The notes below the pieces were generated by a model that saw only the letters and a program-made list of their open reading frames with translations, ran no database searches and was not told the origin of the DNA. Positions 19,004 to 27,309 of a DNA stretch of 33,238 nt are shown here, in pieces. How positions within the stretch are numbered: position 1 is the first letter of the stretch; each line of letters opens with the position of its first letter. The stretch comes from an archaeon (GTDB lineage: Archaea; Iainarchaeota; Iainarchaeia; Iainarchaeales; Iainarchaeaceae), in assembly GCA_005239615.1 (NCBI GenBank), contig SBBR01000060.1, forward strand, positions 1 through 33,238, written 5' to 3'. Made by a program: the position numbers and the translations under genes.

Positions 19004-19573
19004 TTGCAGTATACTATCGTTAACATTGTCGCCTCGGCCAATCTGAACGCGAACATTGACCTTTACAACCTCGCTGTGAGCATTCCTGATGTCGAGTACG
19101 AACCTGAGCAATTTCCCGGCGCAATCCTGAAGCTCAAGGAGCCGAAGGTGTCGATGCTCCTTTTCAAGAACGGCAAGATAATCTGCTCGGGAGCCAGCTC
19201 CGAGGCGCAGATACCGCTTGCAATCTATAAGGCCTCGAAGATGATTCACGAGATACAGAAGGGCGTTAAGGTGCAGAAGAACGCCGAGTATCAGGTGGTC
19301 AACCTTGTCACGACAGCTAACCTTCACATGAACCTTGACCTATTCAAGACCGCAATGGAATCTGACAACGTCGAGTACGAGCCTGAGCAATTTCCCGGCG
19401 CAATCCTCAGGATTCACGAGCCAAAGCTCACCCTGCTCCTATTTAAGAACGGCAAGCTGATTTGTGCCGGCGCGAAGAATGAGGAGCTCCTCAAGAAGGG
19501 CCTGCGCAAGGCGAGCGCTATGGTGCGCGCGATAAACGCGCCAAAACCTGCCGGAAAGAAAAAGGCGAAGTGA
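19004..19573 (+). CDS. tbp: TATA-box-binding protein
   Basis: Two repeats of IVN.V..A.L...DL......EYEPEQFPG.I....EPK...LLF.NGK..C.GA. TTG start at 19004 follows GGGGGTGG; the alternative TTG is at 18980. Confidence 0.96.
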   Translation: MQYTIVNIVASANLNANIDLYNLAVSIPDVEYEPEQFPGAILKLKEPKVSMLLFKNGKIICSGASSEAQIPLAIYKASKMIHEIQKGVKVQKNAEYQVVNLVTTANLHMNLDLFKTAMESDNVEYEPEQFPGAILRIHEPKLTLLLFKNGKLICAGAKNEELLKKGLRKASAMVRAINAPKPAGKKKAK

Positions 19574-19637
19574 AATCCGCAAAATGAGGGATTTATTGCC
19601 TTTCGACCCATTCAATCCTTTTGCGAGCAACAAAAAA

Positions 19638-19983
19638 CTATAATCGCTTTTTGGAATAAATAATTGCATCCTTAAAAGCTATTCTTGAATTTTCTTCAAT
19701 GATAGCCAGCACCAGTTGGAGGGTTTTTCCGGAGACATTTACGATTTCAAGGTTTGTCATGTCCAGAAGCTATCTGAAAGCCTCGATTAATTTGTCGGTC
19801 ACGAAGTTATCCTGCCCTTTCGACTTCCGATAAAGGAATCTTACAACTTCGCCCATTGCATGGGTCGAGGTTATGATTGCGCGGGATTTTCCCCGGAATC
19901 TTGTGAAATATTCAAAAGCTCGCCGAGTTTTCATCAAGGACTGCCTCAAGAATAACATTCGCATCAACAAATACCAATTCCAT
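19638..19983 (-). pseudogene. PIN/VapC-family nuclease pseudogene
   Basis: MELVFVDANVILE (first acidic motif), a frameshift, ITSTHAMGEV, in-frame TAG at 19770-19772, then RIAFKDAII. Confidence 0.75.
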
Positions 19984-20107
19984 GATTGCCATAAATACCA
20001 AAACATCTATTACGACAATTGCCGTAAAGAGGGCATTGATAATTTTACCCCGATTTGAAGCGGAAGCTTTCAAGAAGATTTAAAAATCTAGCAATATGCA
20101 ATGGGTA

Positions 20108-20227
20108 TGATTAGCGGCCATAGCGGCGGGGAAACACCCGGTCTCATCCCGAACCCGGAAGTTAAGCCCGCTGGCGATGTTGCGTGCACTGGTCTGTAGA
20201 CCGGAGCGCCTTATAAGCTGCTAATCA
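20108..20227 (+). rRNA. rrf: 5S rRNA, unlinked to 16S/23S
   Basis: GCGGCCATAGC..GAAACACCCGGTCTCATCCCGAACCCGGAAGTTAAGC; terminal helix TGATTAGC/GCTAATCA; TATA TTTAAAAA upstream; T-rich tract downstream. Confidence 0.95.
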
Positions 20228-20305
20228 CTTTCACTCTTTTTCCAATATTTTTCCAGAACAACTCACGCTACGCCTTTTCTGCCTTTGCCGGCACAATTTG
20301 GCATT

Positions 20306-20680
20306 ATGAGAACATGGATGCTCAAAGGCAGCCTCGAGGACTTCAATGCCACGTGGGAATACTGCAGATTTGCCACAGTGCAGGAGCGGGCACCGATTTT
20401 CCCAGGCGACAAAATAGTTTGCTTCTGCAACGGCCTCATAATGGGCGTGTTCGAGGCAGAAAAGATTGTGGAGAGAGAATTCGGGCCGTGACATGAAAGT
20501 CACCCATTCCAGGTTAAACTCAAGCCCGTCATCTTCCAGGAAAAGGGCCTCGTTGCCGGACCGCTGCACTACAAGACACGGCTAGAGGGGCACGAGAAAG
20601 GGTCGCCGTCGCTGTGGAGGCTCAGCGGGCTGGAGTACAAAAGGATAATGCGGTGCTTGCCGAAGGTCGCAGTGAACTGA
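20306..20680 (+). pseudogene. EVE/PUA-like domain protein with a single in-frame TGA
   Basis: MRTWML..PGDKIVCFC..IMGVFE..FGP*HESHPFQVKLKP..LSGLEYKRI; the frame stays open after TGA 20489-20491. Confidence 0.6.
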
Positions 20681-20698
20681 TGTTCTGAGGTGGGGGGC

Positions 20699-21706
20699 TC
20701 AAAAGAGCTTGAAATAGAACATGAGGAACACAACGACCGAGATGAGAAGCTGCAACGCGAGGAAGTTGAGGACCACTGTCTGCTCGGTGAACCTTCCGAG
20801 GGACATCATGACGTGCGTGAGGGAGCCACCAAGCGGGTCTGGTGCGAGCGTGCCGTCCTTCTGGGGGATGCCAAAGGATTCGCTCTGGAACCTGTGCCTC
20901 GCCTTGAACAGGAGCTCGAGCCAGTAGAGGGAGATTATTGCCACTCCTACCTTCTCCATGTTCCCGACAATTGAAATCGTGGCGATGCTGGCGCCTATCA
21001 TCATTGTCAGCGAATCCCCCCCGAATACTTTCGCGGGAAACCAGTTGTACCTAAGGAACGCCAACAGCGCACCCACCACTGCAACTCCTATGACGAGTGC
21101 TTCGGGCTTACCGTAAAGAGCGGCAATGAGGGACAATGTTGAGACAATAATCACACCAAGACCAGCCTCGAGTCCGTTGAAGCCGGCGAGCATGTTGAAG
21201 GCGTTGCTCGCACCTGTAATGCCTATCGGCACGAGGATAAGGGAGTAAAGTATACCAAGGGAAAAAGTACCGAATAACGGTACTGAGATCGTGGTCGTGC
21301 CAGCATTGATTGCCATGAGGGGAAAAGCTGCAAACAGTGGGAACAGGGCGTGCTGCCACTGCCTAATGCCCTTTTTCCAACCGATTAGATCATCAATAAC
21401 CCCTATGAAACCGACAAGTAGGATAGTCAGGAATGAGGCCAGCACTACCGTGAGGTCAAGGCGCAGGAAGCCCGTGTAAGTGCTTATGAATATGGCGCTT
21501 ATTATTCCCAACGACAGGCCGAGCATTATCGAGATGCCCCCCATCTCCGGAATCTCTTGCTTGTCGAGCTTGTTCATGTCCCTGCCAGTAAGGCCGCGAG
21601 AGCCTATCCGCCTAATCATTATTGGGGTTATAAAGTATGTGAGGAGGAACGAGCCCAAAAAGACTAATGCTACCGATGCGGCTGACATGTCGGGCTGCAA
21701 CTCCAC
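20699..21706 (-). CDS. aglH: UDP-GlcNAc:dolichol-phosphate GlcNAc-1-P transferase (AglH/ALG7; MraY-like family)
   Basis: GRDMNK....IPEMGG, IGVIDDL, SNAFNMLAGFNGLEAG, YNWFPAKVFGGDS; multiple TM segments. Confidence 0.9.
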   Translation of the reverse strand: MELQPDMSAASVALVFLGSFLLTYFITPIMIRRIGSRGLTGRDMNKLDKQEIPEMGGISIMLGLSLGIISAIFISTYTGFLRLDLTVVLASFLTILLVGFIGVIDDLIGWKKGIRQWQHALFPLFAAFPLMAINAGTTTISVPLFGTFSLGILYSLILVPIGITGASNAFNMLAGFNGLEAGLGVIIVSTLSLIAALYGKPEALVIGVAVVGALLAFLRYNWFPAKVFGGDSLTMMIGASIATISIVGNMEKVGVAIISLYWLELLFKARHRFQSESFGIPQKDGTLAPDPLGGSLTHVMMSLGRFTEQTVVLNFLALQLLISVVVFLMFYFKLF

Positions 21707-21710
21707 AACC

Positions 21711-23735
21711 TCACGGCAGGTACTTGAATAACCTTACTTCCTTGTACGAGTAGACCTCTTGGAAATGCTTCAGGTTTTCCTTGTCGAAGAACAACCTCAC
21801 AATGAATGTGTCGTTGGCCGCCTTGTTGAATATGAAGATTTTGTTTCCAGCCTCGTTCCTGTATATAAAGACCTTTTCAGTTCCCCCAATTGTCTGGTTA
21901 GGCTGCTCTATCCATCTCGTAGGAATTTCACTGAACTGCTGATCGGCGAGGATGTTCTGACCGCACTGCATGTAGGTCTGCCTAGAAAGTGGGTCTGTGA
22001 CCTTCTGACAAGGTATGGTTATCCCCATGAACCTCGATACTCTAGGGTCGGAATTGTTCGTGGTCTGGTAGGCGTATATTCCCAGCGAGCCCATTTTCTC
22101 AAGTAAGTCCTCGCTTGTCAGCACATAATCCGGATCGTACCTGGAGTTGAGTATCGCCACTGCAGCATTTTCGTCGCCCGAAAGAAGAAATAGTGAGTAA
22201 TCGGAGTTCGAGTTGAGGTCACCATTTCGGTTATCAGTGCTCACAGCTCGGCGGGCGATGAATGTTATCCAGTGCCCCTCATCCCACCAATTGAAGAGCT
22301 TTGAGTCGGCAGGCGTATTCTCGGCTATCCACTTGAGCGATTCTTTCCAGCCTGTGTCATATTCAATGTTAGGCGTGTTCTGTGTTATGAAGAAGGCACC
22401 TGCCGCAACCCCTACCAAAAGCATGAAGCCAGCCCCAACTCCAATGAGTTTCTTCTCGAAACCCGGCCTTTCACCCATGAAGGAAAGCAGTTCGTTCAGG
22501 GTGATTCCTGCAGCAAGGGCAACTGGTAGGCCAAGATAGAACGTGAATTTCAGCTTTATGTATGCCAGGTATATGGCGAAGCCTATCCAAATGAGCGCAA
22601 GCACAGAGGCATGGTCGTCCTTGTTCTTGACTAACCTGTAAAGGAGGAAAATGAAGACAAGCCCCGGGACATACCATGGAAAGACAGGGGTGTATGGGGG
22701 AGGGTCTGTAGGAGTCTTCTGGGTACCTGCTGTGACGGGCCAGCCGATGAATACGCTGAGTGCATTATACTTGTTGCCCCAATAACTGAGGCCCTTGCTT
22801 TCCTCTCCGACGCTGACCGAAAACACGCTACCGGCAGTCTGGCCAGCACCAGCAAGGTCGATGGCCCCTCCTGGTCTGATGACGTGCAAAAAGTTCGTCT
22901 GGAAGGCTTCTATCCACACTGTGCCTATGACTAACGAGGCAAGGATAAGAAAAGTGAAAAAAGCCACGCAAGTGTTTGCCATCACATTGAGCCTTGTTTT
23001 TGCCGGTTCGCTGAGGAAAATGAACCTCAGAAAAAGGATTAACGCAGTCAGGGAAAAGAAACCGAGCAGTATATAGGGCACCATGAGGTAGGCCTGCCAG
23101 TTCCACGCCATGACCGCAAAGAAAAAGCCCGCAATCAGGGAATTTAGTACAGTGCTCTTGCTGAGTGCCCCGTTCTTGATGGCGCGGATGAAGAAAATGA
23201 AGCCAAGGACCATCCACAGGAAGCCGAGCGATTGGCCCTCGAACCAACCTGCCATTGTCCTGTAAACGAAAGCAGGTACAACAGCGGCAAAAATCGCCAT
23301 GATGGCGCCGGCACGCCTGCCATACATCTCCTTGCCGAGGAAATACATCGCTATGCAGACGAGCGAACCAAATAGTGCGGGAAAAAGCTTTATCGCTAAA
23401 TACCATGTAGCATTATCGAGGGGCGCCCCAAGCGTCAGTATGCGGAATAGTGAACCTGTAAAGAGCCACCAGAAAGGGCCGTCCTGGAACTGTGGGCTAG
23501 CCAGGCCGTTGGGAAGATAGTAATAAGCCAGAGGATCTGTCCCAGGTATTTTACCGTTCTCCATCACGTACTCTGTCATTCTTGCGTGGTAGTAACCGTC
23601 GAACTCGAAAAAGAACTCATATATGAACTGGTGGCCCCTAATGCCAAACGCGAGGAGGAACACTAGGAAAAGGAATGCCAGCTCTTTCTTGTTGCTGGAT
23701 ACGAAACCCTTCAGCTTCTGAATCATCACTAGCAT
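21711..23735 (-). CDS. aglB: Oligosaccharyltransferase AglB (STT3 family)
   Basis: EFDGYYH, YRTMAGWFE, SVGE (SVSE/TIXE-like), WWDEGH, many TM helices followed by a soluble C-terminal domain. Confidence 0.93.
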   Translation of the reverse strand: MLVMIQKLKGFVSSNKKELAFLFLVFLLAFGIRGHQFIYEFFFEFDGYYHARMTEYVMENGKIPGTDPLAYYYLPNGLASPQFQDGPFWWLFTGSLFRILTLGAPLDNATWYLAIKLFPALFGSLVCIAMYFLGKEMYGRRAGAIMAIFAAVVPAFVYRTMAGWFEGQSLGFLWMVLGFIFFIRAIKNGALSKSTVLNSLIAGFFFAVMAWNWQAYLMVPYILLGFFSLTALILFLRFIFLSEPAKTRLNVMANTCVAFFTFLILASLVIGTVWIEAFQTNFLHVIRPGGAIDLAGAGQTAGSVFSVSVGEESKGLSYWGNKYNALSVFIGWPVTAGTQKTPTDPPPYTPVFPWYVPGLVFIFLLYRLVKNKDDHASVLALIWIGFAIYLAYIKLKFTFYLGLPVALAAGITLNELLSFMGERPGFEKKLIGVGAGFMLLVGVAAGAFFITQNTPNIEYDTGWKESLKWIAENTPADSKLFNWWDEGHWITFIARRAVSTDNRNGDLNSNSDYSLFLLSGDENAAVAILNSRYDPDYVLTSEDLLEKMGSLGIYAYQTTNNSDPRVSRFMGITIPCQKVTDPLSRQTYMQCGQNILADQQFSEIPTRWIEQPNQTIGGTEKVFIYRNEAGNKIFIFNKAANDTFIVRLFFDKENLKHFQEVYSYKEVRLFKYLP

Positions 23736-23886
23736 TCGTCCCGCATAAGGTTTTTATACCAAGCCAAGAAAGCAGATTCTTGTAGCCAATTATGGATGTG
23801 AAGGCACAATCCTATGGTTGTACCAATACCAAGCTATGTAAATTAAACCAAAAAGGTTTAATTCTTCAGGGCAATCTGATAGTTTG

Positions 23887-24345
23887 ATGGGAAAACAGTT
23901 CAAAGTGTGCCTGGCGTGTTCTGCCGGCGGCCATTTATCCGAGATGCTGCAGCTGAAGGATTTCTACTCTAGGTATGAGCATTTCTTCATCACCTTCAGG
24001 CGCACCGACACTGAAAGCCTTGCCGGAAAGGAGATTGTGTCCTTTGCAGAGCGCCCAGGAAGAAATCCGCTCGCGACAGCCAAGTGCTTCCTGCAGTGCT
24101 TGCTAACCATCAACAGGGAGAAGCCTGATTTGGTGGTGTCCACCGGAGCCGACCTAGGCATTATAGCGTGTATCGCGGGTAAGCTGCTCGGAAGGAAGAT
24201 AGTCTTCATCGAGAGCTTCTGCAGGCCGCTGAAACCGGGAGTCAGCGGGAGGATAGCGTACTTGTTTGTAGACCTCTTCATTTATCAGTGGGAAGAGCTC
24301 CGGAAATTCTACCCAAGGGGAATCTATGGCGGGAGTGTATTCTGA
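23887..24345 (+). CDS. Alg14/PssD-like glycosyltransferase acceptor subunit
   Basis: CSAGGHLSEM, PDLVVSTGA, VFIESFCR, QWEEL. Confidence 0.92.
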   Translation: MGKQFKVCLACSAGGHLSEMLQLKDFYSRYEHFFITFRRTDTESLAGKEIVSFAERPGRNPLATAKCFLQCLLTINREKPDLVVSTGADLGIIACIAGKLLGRKIVFIESFCRPLKPGVSGRIAYLFVDLFIYQWEELRKFYPRGIYGGSVF

Positions 24346-24397
24346 GCTCATCGGCACACTGTACGCGTAGGCAATTTCATGAAACTGGTGAAGCTAT

Positions 24398-24919
24398 ATG
24401 AAGAAAAAAGCACGTGCGAGGGGAACTGCAGTAGCAAGGTTTTTTGTCTCCGTAGGAACACATCCGCAGCAGTTCAACAGACTCCTACTTGAAATCGACA
24501 GGCTTGCGGGTGAAAAAAAAATCCGGGGGGGGATCTTCGCCCAGTCAGGGTCAAGCACATACACGCCACGGAATTTTCCTTGCAAGTCATTCCTCACTAT
24601 TGATGAGTTCAACCGGCACCTCATTCAGGCTGACGTTGTGATAACCCACGCAGGAGAGGGAAACATAGGGATTTGCAAGAACCTCGGCAAGAAAATGGTT
24701 GTGATGCCGCGAAGGAAGGAATATGGCGAGCACACGAATAACCACCAGCTCGAGTTGGCAGAGGTCGTGGAAACCAAGGGCATCGGCCTCGTCGCTTGGA
24801 CCGAAGGAGACCTTGGGGGCAAGCTGAAGGAAATAGCGCGCTTTACACCAGCAAAGGTGTTAAGAGGAAGGATTCCGGAGCTGCTTGAGGAATTTGTCCA
24901 AAAACTAATTGGAGAGTGA
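24398..24919 (+). CDS. Alg13/PssE-like glycosyltransferase catalytic subunit (GT28 C-terminal)
   Basis: FVSVGTHPQQFNRL, VITHAGEG, MPRR.EYGEH.NNHQLELA. Confidence 0.92.
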   Translation: MKKKARARGTAVARFFVSVGTHPQQFNRLLLEIDRLAGEKKIRGGIFAQSGSSTYTPRNFPCKSFLTIDEFNRHLIQADVVITHAGEGNIGICKNLGKKMVVMPRRKEYGEHTNNHQLELAEVVETKGIGLVAWTEGDLGGKLKEIARFTPAKVLRGRIPELLEEFVQKLIGE

Positions 24920-24923
24920 AGCA

Positions 24924-25829
24924 ATGCTTGCAAAACAACTACAAAAAAAAGCGCTTCCGGGAGTGACAATATTGGTGGCGACGTACAACAATGAAGTCGC
25001 ACTGAGAAAGACTCTTGATGCGCTACTCAGCCAGAAGTATGCTGGAAAGTACGAGGTCATCGTAGTGAATGACGGGAGCACTGATGGCACAAGAGAGTTC
25101 CTCGATGCATACAAAGAGGGCAAAAGTTACTTCAGGGTTTTCCACCAGCCGAATTCAGGGGTGTGCAAGGCACGGAACCTGGGTATTGAAAGCGCGCAGT
25201 ACGGTATAGTTGTGAACATGGACCATGACTGCATCGCGGAGAAGGATTGGCTGGAGAAAATGGTCATGGGCTTCGACTCGCCCAAGGTTGGGGTTGTGAG
25301 TGCGTATGATTACTATGGCGGAACATCAACGGCGTACAGGAAGGAGCTGCTCGAAAAAGTTGGTGGGTATGACGAGGAATACCACTATTACAGGGAGGAC
25401 ACCGACCTGTCGTTCAAGATCATGGAGTTGGGGTACAAATTCAGGCTCGTGAAGGCAGGCTATATCCACGACCACGTGGAAACAAAGCCGAAAGGCATTG
25501 TCGGGCTTGTGAAGTACGTGCTGAAGCGCCTCGAATATCATCAGAATGATGTGCTGCTCTACAAGAAGCACCCGACCTCCCTATGCAAGGAATTCCTGCA
25601 CATAAAATTTGGATTCCTTGTTGACCCGGTGCATGACTTTTCAGTGGCAACTGGCACGTGGCAGCCCGGAGGAAAGTTCGGCCTCAGCAGTCCACGAGGG
25701 ATAACATTCCTCGAAAACAAAACGCCGCTGCACACCCTAGCAATCATAATCCTCGGAATTGGATATGTTGTTGCTGTGAAAGCAAGCAGGCTGATTGGCA
25801 GCATAAGGTTCGGCAAGCTGCTGGTCTGA
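24924..25829 (+). CDS. GT2 family glycosyltransferase
   Basis: ILVATYN, VVNDGSTDGT, NSG...ARN.G, DHD, GGYDE, EDTDL. Confidence 0.92.
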   Translation: MLAKQLQKKALPGVTILVATYNNEVALRKTLDALLSQKYAGKYEVIVVNDGSTDGTREFLDAYKEGKSYFRVFHQPNSGVCKARNLGIESAQYGIVVNMDHDCIAEKDWLEKMVMGFDSPKVGVVSAYDYYGGTSTAYRKELLEKVGGYDEEYHYYREDTDLSFKIMELGYKFRLVKAGYIHDHVETKPKGIVGLVKYVLKRLEYHQNDVLLYKKHPTSLCKEFLHIKFGFLVDPVHDFSVATGTWQPGGKFGLSSPRGITFLENKTPLHTLAIIILGIGYVVAVKASRLIGSIRFGKLLV

Positions 25830-25867
25830 GCAGGAATTAATAATTCTTTGCTTGGTGTGTTTCTCTG

Positions 25868-26800
25868 ATGGCGATAAAAAAAATCCTCGTCACGGGCAGC
25901 AGCGGCACAATAGGAACTAGGCTGTGCGAGAAGCTCCTTGAAAGCGGCAATTACGAGGTCACTGGAGTCGACATAAAACCCAACAAGTGGAAGCCGGGAA
26001 TTAATTCCATCACGAAGCTCTGCGACCTGCGCGACATGAAGGCAGTTGACAGGCTCCAAAAAGGCTTTGACATCGTGGTGCATCTCGCGGCCAATGCGCG
26101 TGTGTACAACATCGTGATCGACCCAGTGCAGGCGAAGGACAACTTCGACACGACGTTCAACGCCCTTGAATACTGCCGCAAAGGCGGCGCGAAAAGGTTC
26201 ATTTTCGCCTCTAGTAGGGAAGTATACGGCAACACCCCAAAAAGTCGGGAAAGCATAATAAAGGAGAGCGACGCGCGCGTAGAGAGCTCGGAAAGCCCCT
26301 ACAGCGCATCCAAGATTTCGGGCGAGGCGCTTGCGCACTCGTACAGGAACTGCTACGGAGTGGATTTCATCATAACGAGGTTCTCAAACGTTTACGGCAT
26401 GTATGATGACAGTGACAGGTTCATTCCTTCAGTGACGAGACTCTGCATGGATGACGGGCAGATAACAATTTTCGGGAAGGATAAGGTCCTTGACTTCACC
26501 TACATTGACGACGCCGTGTGGGGGATCATGCTCTGTATAGAGAAGTTTGATTCCGTGAAAAACCTGACATTCAACATCGCCACTGGGAAGGGCACCGCGC
26601 TCATGAAGGTTGGGGAAATGATAAAGATGGAAACGGGCTCCGCAAGCAAAATCAAAATAGGGGAGAACCGGGTTGGCGAAGTCGTGAGGTTTGTTGCGGA
26701 CATCTCCAAGGCAAGGAAGCTGCTCGGATACTCTCCCAGGTACAGCTTTGAGGAAGGGCTGAAGAAAACAATAGCCTGGTACTCGAAACGCTCCGAATGA
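25868..26800 (+). CDS. NAD-dependent nucleotide-sugar epimerase/dehydratase
   Basis: LVTGSSGTIG, HLAA, ASSREVYG, YSASK, RFSNVYG, DFTYIDD. Confidence 0.93.
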   Translation: MAIKKILVTGSSGTIGTRLCEKLLESGNYEVTGVDIKPNKWKPGINSITKLCDLRDMKAVDRLQKGFDIVVHLAANARVYNIVIDPVQAKDNFDTTFNALEYCRKGGAKRFIFASSREVYGNTPKSRESIIKESDARVESSESPYSASKISGEALAHSYRNCYGVDFIITRFSNVYGMYDDSDRFIPSVTRLCMDDGQITIFGKDKVLDFTYIDDAVWGIMLCIEKFDSVKNLTFNIATGKGTALMKVGEMIKMETGSASKIKIGENRVGEVVRFVADISKARKLLGYSPRYSFEEGLKKTIAWYSKRSE

Positions 26801-26860
26801 GTCCCGGAAACATGCGAGGCTGAATGGACCTGAAGGCATTTGTTTGGCCCCGTGGAAGTT

Positions 26861-27126
26861 TATCGTGGCAGGGAAATGCGGTTTCGTTGATGGATAAGGC
26901 GTCTCTAAGCACCACGGGCTGAAGCCCGGCGAAGCATTTTCCGTCATCAGTCGCCGAAGGGAAAGGTTGGCTGGGTCTCACAAACAGCCGTCGACGGCAA
27001 TGGTTTAGACAGCTGAATATTTCCGCAATTTTCAATTTGGCAAAACCGTTGAACGCAGGAGACACTCTAACAACCCCTGAAGCGAGTGGCGTCCTGCGTT
27101 GGGTCGATGATGGTGCTGCCAACGCA
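26861..27126. repeat. Structured non-coding repeat element, copy 1
   Basis: Core 26904-26946 is 39/43 identical to 33139-33181; several nested hairpins; boundaries approximate. Confidence 0.75.
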
Positions 27127-27213
27127 GACGACGGATTCGCCCTTTACCAACAGGAAATCGCATAGGTTGGAAACTATGAAACCGGCACCACCGGCGACCA
27201 TGATATTCTCCAT
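27067..27213 (-). pseudogene. N-terminal fragment of an NAD-dependent epimerase/UDP-glucuronate decarboxylase
   Basis: MENIMVAGGAGFIVSNLCDFLLVKGESVVCV (Rossmann GGAGF) with a TATA about 30 nt upstream; similarity ends where the frame enters the repeat element. Confidence 0.8.
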
Positions 27214-27220
27214 GCCGAGC

Positions 27221-27244
27221 AAATGAATTATAAAATGAATTATA
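27221..27244. repeat. Tandem 12-bp duplication AAATGAATTATA x2 in a divergent promoter region
   Basis: Direct reading of the sequence. Confidence 0.8.
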
Positions 27245-27309
27245 ATACAAATTGCATTTCATTGTGTTGACTTCTGATAGCGCTGTGAAGCCAGGCAAGT
27301 GGTTCTTCG

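Noticed and set aside
19873..20058. 61-aa plus-strand ORF
   Set aside because: It is antisense to the PIN-domain pseudogene, which explains the region better
26652..27122. ORFs 26652-27122(-) and 33049-33234(-) sharing the peptide DGKCFAGLQP
   Set aside because: The shared peptide is a by-product of the DNA repeat; the flanking translations diverge and no protein motif is present
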